A stretch of 64,000 nucleotides of DNA from an uncultured Gemmatimonadales bacterium (GCA_963708135.1 OY970192.1:4800001-4864000), one strand, 5' to 3'; shown: positions 1 through 10,908, numbered from the stretch's first letter. The notes: generated by a model from the letters alone, not told the origin. A program made the numbers and translations.

Positions 1-1527
1 TTCCTGCCGGGGGAGGGCGTGGATGCCTCCACGCTGCCGATGGCCAGGCGGTCGCAGATCGTGCGCATGAACGACGGCGACACGCTCGACCTCACGGCCA
101 TGCTCCTGCGCCGCAGGATCGAGGGACGTACCTACGTGATGTACGGCTACAACGGGCAGTCGCCGGGGCCGCTCATCCGGGTGCCGCAGAACGCGACGAT
201 CGTCGTGCGGTTCCACAACCACATCGATCTGCCGAGCACGGTGCACTGGCACGGCGTGCGCCTCGACAACCACTTCGACGGGGTGCCGGGCGTGACGCAG
301 GAGCAGGTGGCGGTGGGGAACAGCTTCACCTACGAGGTCCACTTCCCCGATGCGGGCGTCTACTGGTATCACCCGCACGTCAGCACCTACATCGAGCAGG
401 CGATGGGGCTGTTCGGCAACATGATCGTCGACTCCCCGGACCCGGCCTACTATTCCCCGGCGAACGACGAGCAGGCGCTGATGCTCGACGATCTGCTCGT
501 GAACGCGGACACGCTGATCCCGTTCGGAAAGCACTCGCCGGACTTCGCCCTCATGGGACGGCTGGGCAACGTGCTGCTGGTGAACGGCGAGCAGCGCCAC
601 GACCTGGAGGTGCACCAGGGCGCGGTGGTGCGATTCGCGCTCACGAACTCGTCCAGCTCGCGCACCTACAACCTCTCGTTCAGCGGGGCACCGATCAAGC
701 TGCTGGCCGGCGACCTGAGCCGGTTCGAGCACGAGCAGATGGTCTCGAGCGTCGTGCTCGGGGTGGCCCAGCGCTACGTCGTGGAGGTCCGCTTCCCCAG
801 GCCGGGGCGCTACGCCCTCGTGAACGCCGTACAGGCGATGTACCACTCCCAGGGCGAGTTCGCCCGGGAGGTTGACACCCTCGGCATCGTGACCGTGGAT
901 TCCACCCCCGCGGCGCCCGACTACGCCGCGCAGTTCGCCACGCTGCGCACCAACGCGGCGGTGGTGAAGGACATCGACCAGTACCGGCAGTACTTCGACC
1001 GGCCGCCCGACAAGCACTTCACGCTGAGCATCCGCCCAGGCGACCTGCCGCTGGGGACGATCCAGTTCATGAACGTGGATACGGCGTACTACCAGCCCGT
1101 GGAGTGGATGGACGGCATGCCGATGATGAACTGGCTGTCGACGGGCACGGAGCTGAAGTGGATCATCCGCGATGACGCGACGGGCAAGGAGGACATGGAC
1201 ATCGACTGGCACGTCAAGCAGGGCTCGGTGGTCAAGCTCCGCATCTTCAACGACCCGTTCTCCTTCCACCCCATGCAGCACCCGATCCACCTGCACGGGC
1301 AGCGCATGCTCGTCGTCGACCGCGACGGCGTGCCCACGAAGGACTTCAGCTGGGAGGACACCGTCATCATCCCGGTAGGGTCCACCGTGGACCTGCTGAT
1401 CGACGCCTCCAACCCGGGGGACTGGCTGATGCACTGCCACATCTCCGAGCACATCGCGTCCGGGATGGAGACCGTGTTCCACGTGGACCCGGTGGCCGGC
1501 ATGGCGGGGCCTTCGACCGGACACTAG
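1..1527 (+). CDS. Multicopper oxidase (probably 5'-truncated by window edge)
   Basis: Copper motifs HWHG, WYHPH, HPIHLHG, HCHISEH; frame open from position 1. Confidence 0.93.
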   Translation, partial: FLPGEGVDASTLPMARRSQIVRMNDGDTLDLTAMLLRRRIEGRTYVMYGYNGQSPGPLIRVPQNATIVVRFHNHIDLPSTVHWHGVRLDNHFDGVPGVTQEQVAVGNSFTYEVHFPDAGVYWYHPHVSTYIEQAMGLFGNMIVDSPDPAYYSPANDEQALMLDDLLVNADTLIPFGKHSPDFALMGRLGNVLLVNGEQRHDLEVHQGAVVRFALTNSSSSRTYNLSFSGAPIKLLAGDLSRFEHEQMVSSVVLGVAQRYVVEVRFPRPGRYALVNAVQAMYHSQGEFAREVDTLGIVTVDSTPAAPDYAAQFATLRTNAAVVKDIDQYRQYFDRPPDKHFTLSIRPGDLPLGTIQFMNVDTAYYQPVEWMDGMPMMNWLSTGTELKWIIRDDATGKEDMDIDWHVKQGSVVKLRIFNDPFSFHPMQHPIHLHGQRMLVVDRDGVPTKDFSWEDTVIIPVGSTVDLLIDASNPGDWLMHCHISEHIASGMETVFHVDPVAGMAGPSTGH

Positions 1528-1578
1528 GGCCGCCGCCGGCGTGCCGCGCTCCTGGCGACGACCCGTAGCCGTCCGCAG

Positions 1579-2019
1579 CTAAGTCCCGGGGCTCCGGTCC
1601 GCCTCGCACGCCGCGCCTTCGCTGCCTTCGGCCGGCCGCGCCTGCGTAGGCTCGGTGCGCGTGAAGCGGGCGCCCATGAGGGTCGCGGATTCGGCCCGCC
1701 CGCCGCGCTTCGGGAACGAGAACGTCACCACCGCGCCGGAGCCGGCGCCGGCGAGCGCGAGGATCCCGGCCAGCATGAGCAGCTCGATGCCGCTGACGCG
1801 CTGGCTCCCCTTCTCGCTGTGGTACCAGGCAAGAACCAGGACGACGGGCAGCCCGAGCGCCAGCAGTACGGTGGCCACGCGCATCACCAGATCGGGCCAG
1901 GCGAACGGCTGCGCCAGCATCGAGAGGAGCTGGAGCAGCAGCCATGCGGCGCCGAGGTACGCCAGCCCCCACTGGCCGAGCTTGCGCTCCTTCAGGTGCG
2001 CGAGGAAGGAGGGGTTCAT
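1579..2019 (-). CDS. Short membrane protein resembling the N-terminal TM module of TolB-like/TPR receptor proteins; probably truncated
   Basis: LKERKLGQWGLAYLGAAWLLLQ...GLPVVLVLAWYH pattern, about 3 hydrophobic segments, then low-complexity tail. Confidence 0.6.
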   Translation of the reverse strand: MNPSFLAHLKERKLGQWGLAYLGAAWLLLQLLSMLAQPFAWPDLVMRVATVLLALGLPVVLVLAWYHSEKGSQRVSGIELLMLAGILALAGAGSGAVVTFSFPKRGGRAESATLMGARFTRTEPTQARPAEGSEGAACEADRSPGT

Positions 2020-2116
2020 TGCGAGGCGGACTCCCAGTTCGTGACCAGGGAGCCCAGTTCGCCCTGGACGCGATAGCGGCCGGCCAGTGCCGCGCGAAGC
2101 ACGCCCGCCGCTCCGT

Positions 2117-4684
2117 TCACCGCGCTCCCTCGATGACGAAGAGCTGAGACGTATACTGCAGAGCGTCGTACGCGTACACGCGTGGATCGTCCGCGAGCGT
2201 CACGGCAAAGATCTGGAGCATGCCGGGATCGGCTCGCGGCACCAGCGTCTCGAGGCGCTCCCGGTGCCCGGTCGTGATGTCGACCCGGTTGACGGGGATC
2301 GGCAGCGTGTCGGCGCGCCAGACCCAGATCGACTCCCCGTCCGGACTCCAGCGGATCAGACGATCCCTGGCGCGCAGACCGCTCACCAGCCGTGAGGAGC
2401 CATCCCGCAGGTCGTGCAGTCGGGCTCTGCCGCTTGCGCTGACCGTGAGCACCCGCTGCCCGTCAGGCGATGCCAGGCCTGCATCGACGCCACCGCTGGT
2501 CAGCGCGCGCCACTTGGTGTCGGACGCTGTACGGAAGAAGCACTGTGGGGTGCGTGAGCTGATCGTGCCGCATGCCAGGATCGAATCCTCGCCGGGTCCC
2601 CATACCTGGGCGTGGTCCAGCGCGCTGAAGGCGCCGAGATCCAGGCGTCGCGTGCCTCCCACACCCACGGGGTACAGGCGCAGCTGGGCGGGCGTGGTCG
2701 GAACGAGCGCAACCACCGAGCGTCCGTCGGGTGAGAAGCCCTCGACCGAACCCTCCCCCAGCCGAACCGCCGGAGAGCCATCGGTCTTCCGCACGATCGC
2801 GCCGTAATCCGCGCCAGCGGCCTCGCCGACGTCCTCGAGCCCGAGCAGGCGACCATCGCGCGACAGCTTGGGAAAGATCGAGCTGTCGAGCCAGGACAGG
2901 TCCATCTCGTCGCCGCCCCCCGGCGGACGGACGCGGATCCGGTGCCTCTTGCTGTCCCGCGTCGCCAGCCAGCGCCCGCCACGCGAGACATCCTGGATCG
3001 TCGTCATGCCCGGCGTCGCGATCGCGATGCGGGCGCCCCCGCGCAGGCTCGCCTCGTGGATCTGGAGGCCCGGTCCGGCATGGGCGGACGAGAAGAGGAC
3101 CAAGCGGCCATCGGCCGACCACGCGAGTCCCTCCTCCGCTTCGAATCCCGCCGCGAGCACCGTCCGGTGCCGCGCCCGGTCCACCACGTCCACCGATCCG
3201 CGGTCGTCGTATCGCGTGGGGTGCTCGAGGAACGCGAGTTGCTGCCCGTCAGGCGAGATGCGCAAGTCACTCAGGTATCCCGGCGCATCGTAGAGCAGCG
3301 TGCCGATCGGGTACTCGAGACGGTCGCGCCCGCCGACCTCGCGAATGATCGCGAGCGTCGTTCCATCCGGCGACCAGTCGGCCTCGCGCACGCTGTCGAG
3401 CATCTCGCGCGGCGTCCCGCCCTCGAGTGGCACGCGTGCCAGGGTGCCGACGAAGAGGCGGTGAGTCCCGAGGTAGTGCGCATGCGTGAGCAGGGCGAGC
3501 TCGCTGCGCGAGGAGACGGCCAGCAGATGCGTGTCGTCGAGGCCGAGTGGCCTCGCCTCGGGGTAGTCGGGACGCACCACGTACAGCGCGGGCACGCTCC
3601 CCTCCCGCGCCGCGTCGAAGACGACCGTCCGGCCGTCGGGGGCGAAGCGGGCGTTGAAGATCGCCTCGCTGGCGAACGTCACCTGGTGGTAAGCGACGCT
3701 CGCCTGCGCGGCGCGGTGGTGGTCCCCGACCAGGAACCCGGCCGCGGCGGTCGCAAGGAATGCGAGACCCCCGATGGCCAGCACTCCCCACCGCGCCCGA
3801 CGTCCGCCGCGCGACCCGGGACCAGCGCCGCGCAGGATCGGTTCTCCCGGGCGAATGAGCGCCTCGGCGAAGTCGCTCGCGGCGGCGAATCGATCCGCCG
3901 GCAGCTTCTCGAGCGCCTGCGCCACCGCCGCCTCCACGTGCGCCGGCACCGACTTCCGCTGCAGTGTGAGTGCGCGCGGCGATTCCGTCATCACGCGGGC
4001 GACGATGGCCTGCGCGTTGGGCCCGGTGAACGGGGCCTCGCCGGCGAGCATCTCGTAGGTCACCGCGCCCAGCGCGTAGACGTCCGCGCGGCCATCGATG
4101 CGCGTCTCGCCCATGGCCTGCTCCGGCGCCATGTACTGCGGCGTGCCGAGGGATAGCCCCGTCTGCGTCATGCGCGCCCCACCCGCGTACTCCACGGCGA
4201 GCGCGATCCCGAAATCCGCGACGAGCGCATGGCCGTTCTGCAGCAGGATGTTCTCGGGCTTGATGTCCCGGTGGATGACGCCCCGCTCGTGCGCGTACTG
4301 CAGCGCAACGGCGGCTTCGGTGGCGATGCGCAACACGTCCGCGATGGCGAGCTGCTTCTCCCGCTCGAGCCGCGCGCGCAGCGTCTCACCCTCCACGAAC
4401 GGCATCACGTAGTAGAGCAGCCCATTGGCCGAGCCCGAGTCGAAGAGCGGCAGGATGTGGGGGTGTTGCAGCGATGCCGTGAGCTCGATCTCCTTCAGGA
4501 ACCGCTCGGGCCCGAGAACCGCCGAAAGCTCAGCGTGCAGCACCTTGATCGCAACATTGCGATGGTGCCTCAGGTCCTCGGCCAGGTAGACGGTGGCCAT
4601 GCCGCCCGCGCCGAGCTCGCGCTCCACGCGGTAGCGCCCGGCCAGCTCCGTTTCCAGCCGCGCCAACAGCTCCGCGGTCGTCAT
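2117..4684 (-). CDS. Ser/Thr protein kinase, TM helix, C-terminal PD40/TolB-like beta-propeller
   Basis: Start ATG 4684 (MTTAELL) overlaps upstream TGA (ATGA); GAGGMATVY, VAIK, HRDIKPEN, DFG, GTPQYMAPEQ; SPDG repeats. Confidence 0.93.
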   Translation of the reverse strand: MTTAELLARLETELAGRYRVERELGAGGMATVYLAEDLRHHRNVAIKVLHAELSAVLGPERFLKEIELTASLQHPHILPLFDSGSANGLLYYVMPFVEGETLRARLEREKQLAIADVLRIATEAAVALQYAHERGVIHRDIKPENILLQNGHALVADFGIALAVEYAGGARMTQTGLSLGTPQYMAPEQAMGETRIDGRADVYALGAVTYEMLAGEAPFTGPNAQAIVARVMTESPRALTLQRKSVPAHVEAAVAQALEKLPADRFAAASDFAEALIRPGEPILRGAGPGSRGGRRARWGVLAIGGLAFLATAAAGFLVGDHHRAAQASVAYHQVTFASEAIFNARFAPDGRTVVFDAAREGSVPALYVVRPDYPEARPLGLDDTHLLAVSSRSELALLTHAHYLGTHRLFVGTLARVPLEGGTPREMLDSVREADWSPDGTTLAIIREVGGRDRLEYPIGTLLYDAPGYLSDLRISPDGQQLAFLEHPTRYDDRGSVDVVDRARHRTVLAAGFEAEEGLAWSADGRLVLFSSAHAGPGLQIHEASLRGGARIAIATPGMTTIQDVSRGGRWLATRDSKRHRIRVRPPGGGDEMDLSWLDSSIFPKLSRDGRLLGLEDVGEAAGADYGAIVRKTDGSPAVRLGEGSVEGFSPDGRSVVALVPTTPAQLRLYPVGVGGTRRLDLGAFSALDHAQVWGPGEDSILACGTISSRTPQCFFRTASDTKWRALTSGGVDAGLASPDGQRVLTVSASGRARLHDLRDGSSRLVSGLRARDRLIRWSPDGESIWVWRADTLPIPVNRVDITTGHRERLETLVPRADPGMLQIFAVTLADDPRVYAYDALQYTSQLFVIEGAR

Positions 4685-7395
4685 TGCCCGTCTCCGCCGC
4701 CGGACGCCTTGCCGGCGCTCGGGGCCGCGCGCAGCATCGCCGGCCAGCCGGTCACGACGTCGATCCGGTCCGCGACGCCATCGTCCTGCACCATCAGGAA
4801 GTGCCGGCCATCCGGCGCGACGTCGTACGGCGTCCAGCGGCCGTTGCGCACGTACTGGCCCGTGAACAGCTCCATCGGGCGGCCGAAGCGCGGGGGATCC
4901 CCCGCCGGATCGACCGGCACGGCGTACAGCGCCTCGCCGCTCACGAAGTAGATCTCGCGCCCGTCGCGCCGCCACAGCGGCGACGTGCCGCCCTGCAGCG
5001 AGATCTGCCAGCGGCCACCGCCATCCGGGTACGACCGCACGTAGATCTCGTTCCGCCCGCTCTCGTCGGACACGTACGCCAGCAGCCGGCCGTCGGGCGA
5101 GAGCATGGGCGAGAGCTCGCTCGCCGGCGTCGCCAGCACCGCGCGCGGCGTGTGGTCCGTCCCGCCCACGGGCACCGCGACGATGTCGAGGCCGGTCGCG
5201 GGCAACGTCTCCCGGAAGAGCAGTGTCTTCCCGTCGGGAGTGAAGGAGCTGGGGAAGCCGAGATAGACGCTGTTGACGAGCTGCTCGGCCGTGCCCGTTC
5301 CGTCCGCGCGGATCCAGAACGGCGCTGCACGGCCCGTCGTGCTCCCCCGCCGCGACGCGAAGGCGATCCGGTCGCCGGCGGGCGTCCAGACCGGGTAGAA
5401 GTTGTCCGACTGGAAGGTGAGGCGCGTCCGGCTCCCGCGCTCGAGGTCCAGCACCCAGATGTCGCGGGCGCCGCGCTGCTCGTCCGTCTGGGTGAAGGCG
5501 ATCCGATGGCCGTCGGGGGAGAACTTCGCGCTCTCGTACGCCCCGGGCTCCAGCGGTACCGGTTTCGCGGCGCCGGTACGGTCGACGAGCACCAGACTGC
5601 GGCGCGGCGTCCCCGCCGGCACATAGACGAGCACACCGGTCCGCGACACGGCGAAAGACGTCCCGTTCGGCCCCCCGCGGCCGCTTCGCAGCAGTGGGAT
5701 GGGAGTGCCGCGGACCATGCCGCGGCGCGCGTCGAACGGGACGGCCGAGACGGAGAGATCCTGGTCCTGGACCAGGAGGTAACCCGGTGCGGCATACTTC
5801 GCCGCGACGGCTCCGCCCAGCAGATCCGAGTGCCCGACATGGCTGCGCGCGCCTGTCCGCAGAGAGAGGAGCTGCAGCTTCGGCCCGCCGCCATCGTAGG
5901 CGAGGACGATCGCCGTGGCGCCGCCGGGGAGGATCTCCGGTCTCGCGAGCTTCACGGGGTGGCCGTCCGCGCGGCGCGGCCGCGCCAGCCGCAGGGGGGC
6001 AGGTGCGCCGCCGCCGCTCGCGACGCGGTACGCTCGACCGCCCTGCACGAAGAGGATCGTGCCGTCGTCGCCCCAGCTCATCCCGTCCAGGATCTCCGGG
6101 CCGCGGGGCAGGTGGCACAGGGTCAGCATGTGCCCGCTGGCGAGCTCGACCTTGCGCAGCTCGCCCGCGGCGACGAACGCGACCCACTGGCCATCCGGCG
6201 AGAACGTGGGAAAATCCGCACCTTCGGTACCCGGCACCGGCCGCGGCTCGGGGTCGGCCAGGTCGCGCTCGACGAGCTGCCGCTCGACCGAGCTCACCGC
6301 GAGGTAGACAATGCGGCGGCCGTCCGGCGAGATGGCGACGTCGTTCCCGACCGCGGTATGGACGTCCACCGGCTGCCCGCTGGGGAGCACCATGCGGAAG
6401 TGCACGGGAGCCGGTGTGGAGTCCGGCGCGGGGCGCCACCACCGTGCGGAGGCGAGCACCATGCCGGCGCCGAGCAGGGCGCCGGTCGCCGTGGCGAGCG
6501 CCAGCGGACGCCACACGTGGCGGCGCTGGCGCGAACGTGTCGGGCCGCCGAAGGGGAGCGGGGCAGTACCGGCCAGCGCGGTGCCGAATGCGGCGGGCGT
6601 GGGGAAGCGGTCGGCAGGGAGCTTCTCGAGCGCAGTGTGCACCGCGTGCTCCACCTGCGGCGGCACGGTCCGGCGCAGCTCGCCGAGCAGGCGCGGCGAT
6701 TCCGTCATCGCGCGGGCGATGATCGCCTGCGCGTTGGGCCCGGTGAACGGGGCCTCGCCGGCGAGCATCTCGTACGTGACCGCGCCGAGCGCGTAAACGT
6801 CCGCCCGGCCGTCGATGCGCGCCTCGCCCATGGCCTGTTCGGGCGCCATGTACTGCGGCGTGCCCAGGCTCAGCCCCGTCTGCGTGAGACGGCTCCCGCC
6901 CGCCTGCTCCACCGCGAGCGCGATCCCGAAGTCGGCGACGAGCGCGTGGCCGTTCTGCAGCAGGATGTTCTCGGGCTTGACGTCCCGGTGGATGACGCCC
7001 CGCTCGTGCGCGTACTCGAGGGCGTCGGCGACCTCCGCCGCGATCCGCACGGCGTCGCTCACCGGCAGCTGCCGCTCCCGCTCGAGCCGCGCGCGCAGCG
7101 TCTCACCGTCCACGAACGGCATCACGTAATAGAGCAGGCCGTCGGCCGAGCCGGAGTCGAAGAGCGGCAGGATGTGCGCGTGCTGCAGGCTGGCGGTGAG
7201 CTCGATCTCCTTCAGGAAGCGCTCGGGGCCGAGCATGGCCGAGAGCTCCGGATGCAGCACCTTGATGGCGACGCGGCGGTGGTGCCGTACGTCCTCCGCG
7301 AGCCAGACCGTGGACATGCCGCCCGCGCCGAGCTCGCGCTCGAGGCTGTAGCGCCCCGCGAGGGCGGCAGCGAGCGACGGCTGAGCGGACGTCAC
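4681..7395 (-). CDS. Ser/Thr protein kinase, TM helix, PD40/TolB-like beta-propeller
   Basis: GTG 7395 with GGGGAGG SD and GTGA overlap; all kinase motifs; multiple SPDG repeats. Confidence 0.93.
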   Translation of the reverse strand: MTSAQPSLAAALAGRYSLERELGAGGMSTVWLAEDVRHHRRVAIKVLHPELSAMLGPERFLKEIELTASLQHAHILPLFDSGSADGLLYYVMPFVDGETLRARLERERQLPVSDAVRIAAEVADALEYAHERGVIHRDVKPENILLQNGHALVADFGIALAVEQAGGSRLTQTGLSLGTPQYMAPEQAMGEARIDGRADVYALGAVTYEMLAGEAPFTGPNAQAIIARAMTESPRLLGELRRTVPPQVEHAVHTALEKLPADRFPTPAAFGTALAGTAPLPFGGPTRSRQRRHVWRPLALATATGALLGAGMVLASARWWRPAPDSTPAPVHFRMVLPSGQPVDVHTAVGNDVAISPDGRRIVYLAVSSVERQLVERDLADPEPRPVPGTEGADFPTFSPDGQWVAFVAAGELRKVELASGHMLTLCHLPRGPEILDGMSWGDDGTILFVQGGRAYRVASGGGAPAPLRLARPRRADGHPVKLARPEILPGGATAIVLAYDGGGPKLQLLSLRTGARSHVGHSDLLGGAVAAKYAAPGYLLVQDQDLSVSAVPFDARRGMVRGTPIPLLRSGRGGPNGTSFAVSRTGVLVYVPAGTPRRSLVLVDRTGAAKPVPLEPGAYESAKFSPDGHRIAFTQTDEQRGARDIWVLDLERGSRTRLTFQSDNFYPVWTPAGDRIAFASRRGSTTGRAAPFWIRADGTGTAEQLVNSVYLGFPSSFTPDGKTLLFRETLPATGLDIVAVPVGGTDHTPRAVLATPASELSPMLSPDGRLLAYVSDESGRNEIYVRSYPDGGGRWQISLQGGTSPLWRRDGREIYFVSGEALYAVPVDPAGDPPRFGRPMELFTGQYVRNGRWTPYDVAPDGRHFLMVQDDGVADRIDVVTGWPAMLRAAPSAGKASGGGDGQ

Positions 7396-10073
7396 CGCTG
7401 CGCCTCCCCCGCCGCGAGCAGTGCGCGCCACTGGTTGACGAAAACGACGTGCGCCCTTCCCGGCCCGGCGTCCCGCCTCTCGAGCATCAGGAAGTCGCCT
7501 CCGGGCAGCACGTCGTAGGCGACGGCGCCGAGGCCCTGTTCGAAGCGATCCATGGAGAAGAGGGCGCGGCGGGAGCGCACGGTGAATCCGCCCGCGGTCG
7601 TCACCTCGGCGGCCATGAGGCTCTCACCGCCGAGGTAGAACAGCTCGCGGCCGTCGAGGGACCAGCGGGGCGTCCTTCCGCCGCCGACAGAGACTTGCCA
7701 GAGATCGGCGCGCGACGGGTCGGTGGACCGCACCTACACTTCGCCCGCGGACACGTACGCCAACCAGCGCCCGTCGGGCGAGGGACTGGGGGAGTGGACG
7801 CGCGCCGGCAAGGCGATGATCACCCGGTCGGCGGCGGCGGGCTGATCGAGGGCGTGCGCGTAGATGGCGCTCCGGCCCGGCCGGAATCTCAGGTAGTAGA
7901 GCGTACGCCCGTCCGCCGAGGGTGCCGGGGCTCCGAGGTTGGTCGCCGTATCACGCACGATGCTGCGCGGGGGCGATGCGCTGCCCACGGTCGCCTGGAA
8001 GATCTCGGCCCCCTGGGCATTGTTGGCGGCGAAGAACAGGGTGCGGCCGTCGGCGCTGAAGGCCGGATCGCTCGTCACGGTCGTGGGGACCGTGATCCGG
8101 CTGGCGGCGCCGCTGCGCAGATCGCGCACCAGGATGTCCCAGGTGCCGAGCTCGACCGAGGCCGCTGCATGAGTGCCATCGGGCGAGGCCGCGACGTCGC
8201 GTGCGTACCCCACCCACGTGGAGTCGAGGAACGGCACGGCACCGTTGCGGCGGACGCGCGCGAAGCTCAGCCGCGGCGTATGCGAGCCACCCGTCGCGTA
8301 CACGAGCTGCCCGGTCCGCGCGACGGCGATCTGCGGGAACGCACCGGCGTCGATCGTGGTCGCTGTCACAATCGGCACCGGCGGGCCCGTGAGACGGCGC
8401 TTTGCCGCGTCGAAAGGCGCAGCCACCAGCGTGCTGTCGGGCCGCACCACGAGGAGGTATCCGGGCTCCACGTAGCGGGCCCAGAAGCCGGGCATGAGCA
8501 CGCGGTGTCGCCCCGTGGCCGGATCGGACACGGCGATGCGGAAGCGCGAGTTGTCGCCGTAGTTGCGCGGCACCACGACGAACAGGATCGCGTTGCCGCC
8601 GGGGAGCGGGCTGCCGCCGGTGTGGAAGACCTCGCCGGCAACGGTATCCAGGCTGGTGACCTGCTCCCACGCGCCGCCGCGCACCGGCACCCGCACGATT
8701 CCGGAGTGGCCGCTGATGAGCAGGTGGTCGTTGTCATCCCATTCGATCACCGAATAGCTGGGCAGCGTGTCGGTCACCGTCGTGACGGGTCCGCCGGTGG
8801 GCGACACCAGGCGAAGCGTGTGGCCGGCAACGAATGCGACCTGGCGTCCGTCCGGCGAGACCGCCGGGTAGCTCGCGCTGTCGGTTCTCGGCAGCGGGCG
8901 CGGATCGAGCGCGTCAGCGTCCCGCACCCAGAGCTCGGGTCCTCCCGACGCGTGCGCCACGTACACGAGCCTCGATCCGTCCGGCGACAGCGCGAAGGAG
9001 CCTTCGGGCGGCGCGCTGTCCGGGAACGAAAGCGTCGCAAGCCACGGCCGGCCGGCGGCGGCCGCAGCGCCGACGCGGTCGGCGGCCACCCTGCCCCAAC
9101 CCCACACCGCCGCCACGACGGCCGCGATGGCGACCGCACCGGCGACGATCGCAGGGCGGTTCCGTCGCCAGCCGGGCGCCGTTCCCGCGCCGGGCCATGC
9201 GGCGGACCCTGGCGTCACGAGCGCGGTCGCGAACTCGCCGGCGCTGCCGAAGCGGTCGGCCGGGAGCCTTTCCAGTGCGGTCCGCACCGCCGCGTCCACC
9301 TGCGCGGGAACACGCCGGCGCAGGAGCGTCAGCGGCCGCGGCTCGGCGGTGAGCACCTGGGCCAGGATGGCCTGCGCGGTGGGACCGGTGAACGGCGGCT
9401 CGCCGGCGAGCATCTCGTAGGTGACGGCCCCGAGCGCATAGATGTCGGCGCGCGGCCCGACGGTGAGCTCCCCCGTCGCCTGCTCGGGAGCCATGTACTG
9501 CGGCGTACCCAGCGAGAGACCGGTCTGCGTCAGGCGCGAGCCGCCCGCCTGCTGTACGGCGAGCGCGATGCCGAAATCCGCCACGAGCGCGTGGCCGTTC
9601 TGCAGCAGGATGTTCTCGGGTTTCACGTCCCGGTGCACCACGCCGCGCTCGTGTGCATACTCGAGGGCGTCAGCGACCTCCGCCGCGATGCGCACGCCGT
9701 CGCTCACCGGCAGCTGGCGCTCGCGCTCGAGCCGCGCGCGCAGCGTCTCGCCCTCCACGAAGGGCATGACGTAGTAGAGCAGACCGTCGGCGCTTCCGGA
9801 GTCGAACAGCGGCAGGATGTGCGGGTGCTGCAGGCTGGCGGTGAGCTCGATCTCCTTCAGGAACCGCTCGGGGCCGAGCATGGCCGAGAGCTCGGGGTGC
9901 AGCGCCTTGATGGCGACACGGCGGTGGTGCCGCACGTCCTCGGCGAGCCAGACCGTGGCCATGCCGCCGGCGCCGAGCTCGCGCTCGATGCGGTAGCGGC
10001 CCGCGAGGGCGCCGGCGAGGCCGGTGGGCTCAAGCACTCGGGCCGAGCCCCCGCCACGCACGGCAACGCCCAC
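7392..10073 (-). pseudogene. Ser/Thr kinase with beta-propeller, interrupted by in-frame TAG at 7734-7736
   Basis: ORFs 7734..10073 and 7392..7733 are contiguous in one frame: AYVSAGEV*VRST; paralogs read EIYVRS/EVYVRP here; start may be GTG 10037. Confidence 0.85.
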
Positions 10074-10220
10074 GAGCGATTGGCTGGGCCATCGCTCCTC
10101 CGTCGGTCGGCAAGATTGGGATGGATTGTGGGAAAGACTCCGAGCTCATTCGGGGCCAGCAAAGAGCATAGCGGGAAGTCACGCGGGGGGCAACGCCGCC
10201 GTGGCCGGGCTATAGCATGG

Positions 10221-10781
10221 TCACGTGCCGCTACTCGCCGGCATGGCGCGGTCGTCCCCCTGGTCCACCAGGTATAATGCCGTCCCGATGATCGCGCCCG
10301 CCAACGCGTTCGCGAGCAGAACGCGAGGCAGCCCCAGCACGTCGAGGGCGACCGGCGTGTCCGCGAACCAGAGGACCAGGTAGAGAAGGCCCGTGCACGT
10401 GACGCTCGTGTATGCAACACCGCCGGCGAGGGACCTCCAGAAGCCCGACCCGTTCAGCACGAGGGCGGCGCTCGCGCCGACCGCCGCGAAGACCGTCACG
10501 TGCACGACGGTATATGCGAGGATTTCGAGGGGCAGGAGGAAGTAGGAGCCAAGCGACCCCGCTGCTCCCGAGCCGGCGCTCCCTCCACTGAACAACGCCG
10601 ACGCGAGCGCCGCCGGGACGGTGAGCGGGTGCAGAGCCAACGCTCCCTGCAGGAAGAACAGGGCCGCGACGGCGACGGCGCCGAGCAGCCCGCCGGCCGC
10701 CCCCGCCTGCACACGGTGCAGGTATCTCGTGACACTGCCGGGCCGGTTCGCGGCGGACGGCCGAACGCGATGTTCGTTCAT
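10221..10781 (-). CDS. Hypothetical integral membrane protein
   Basis: GGAGG SD before ATG; about 4 hydrophobic segments. Confidence 0.7.
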   Translation of the reverse strand: MNEHRVRPSAANRPGSVTRYLHRVQAGAAGGLLGAVAVAALFFLQGALALHPLTVPAALASALFSGGSAGSGAAGSLGSYFLLPLEILAYTVVHVTVFAAVGASAALVLNGSGFWRSLAGGVAYTSVTCTGLLYLVLWFADTPVALDVLGLPRVLLANALAGAIIGTALYLVDQGDDRAMPASSGT

Positions 10782-10908
10782 GAGCCGGATCCTCCGTTCA
10801 TTGCAGTTTCGCCAGCGGAGCGAGCCGCCACCTGGCGACGTTCAATTGCTCGCGATGCTGAGGATCCCCGGGGGCGCTCGAGATGCCCGCAGACGCTACC
10901 GCCGCCGC

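Noticed and set aside
2117..6514. 1465-aa ORF as one giant protein
   Set aside because: The first 610 codons are an Arg/Gly-rich shadow frame of the upstream kinase; the real start is ATG 4684
7734..7736. Pyrrolysine or genetic-code reassignment of TAG
   Set aside because: TAG terminates several normal genes here (e.g. 1527, 15884, 24824); no pyl genes; the position is Tyr in paralogs
4684..10277. Long + strand ORFs opposite the kinases (and similar ones at 20377-23895, 43017-46064, 55182-58445)
   Set aside because: Antisense shadow ORFs expected at high GC3; no motifs
10790..10860. Hairpin (TCGCCAG...CTGGCGA) upstream of the membrane protein gene as a riboswitch
   Set aside because: No match to an aptamer consensus I can support
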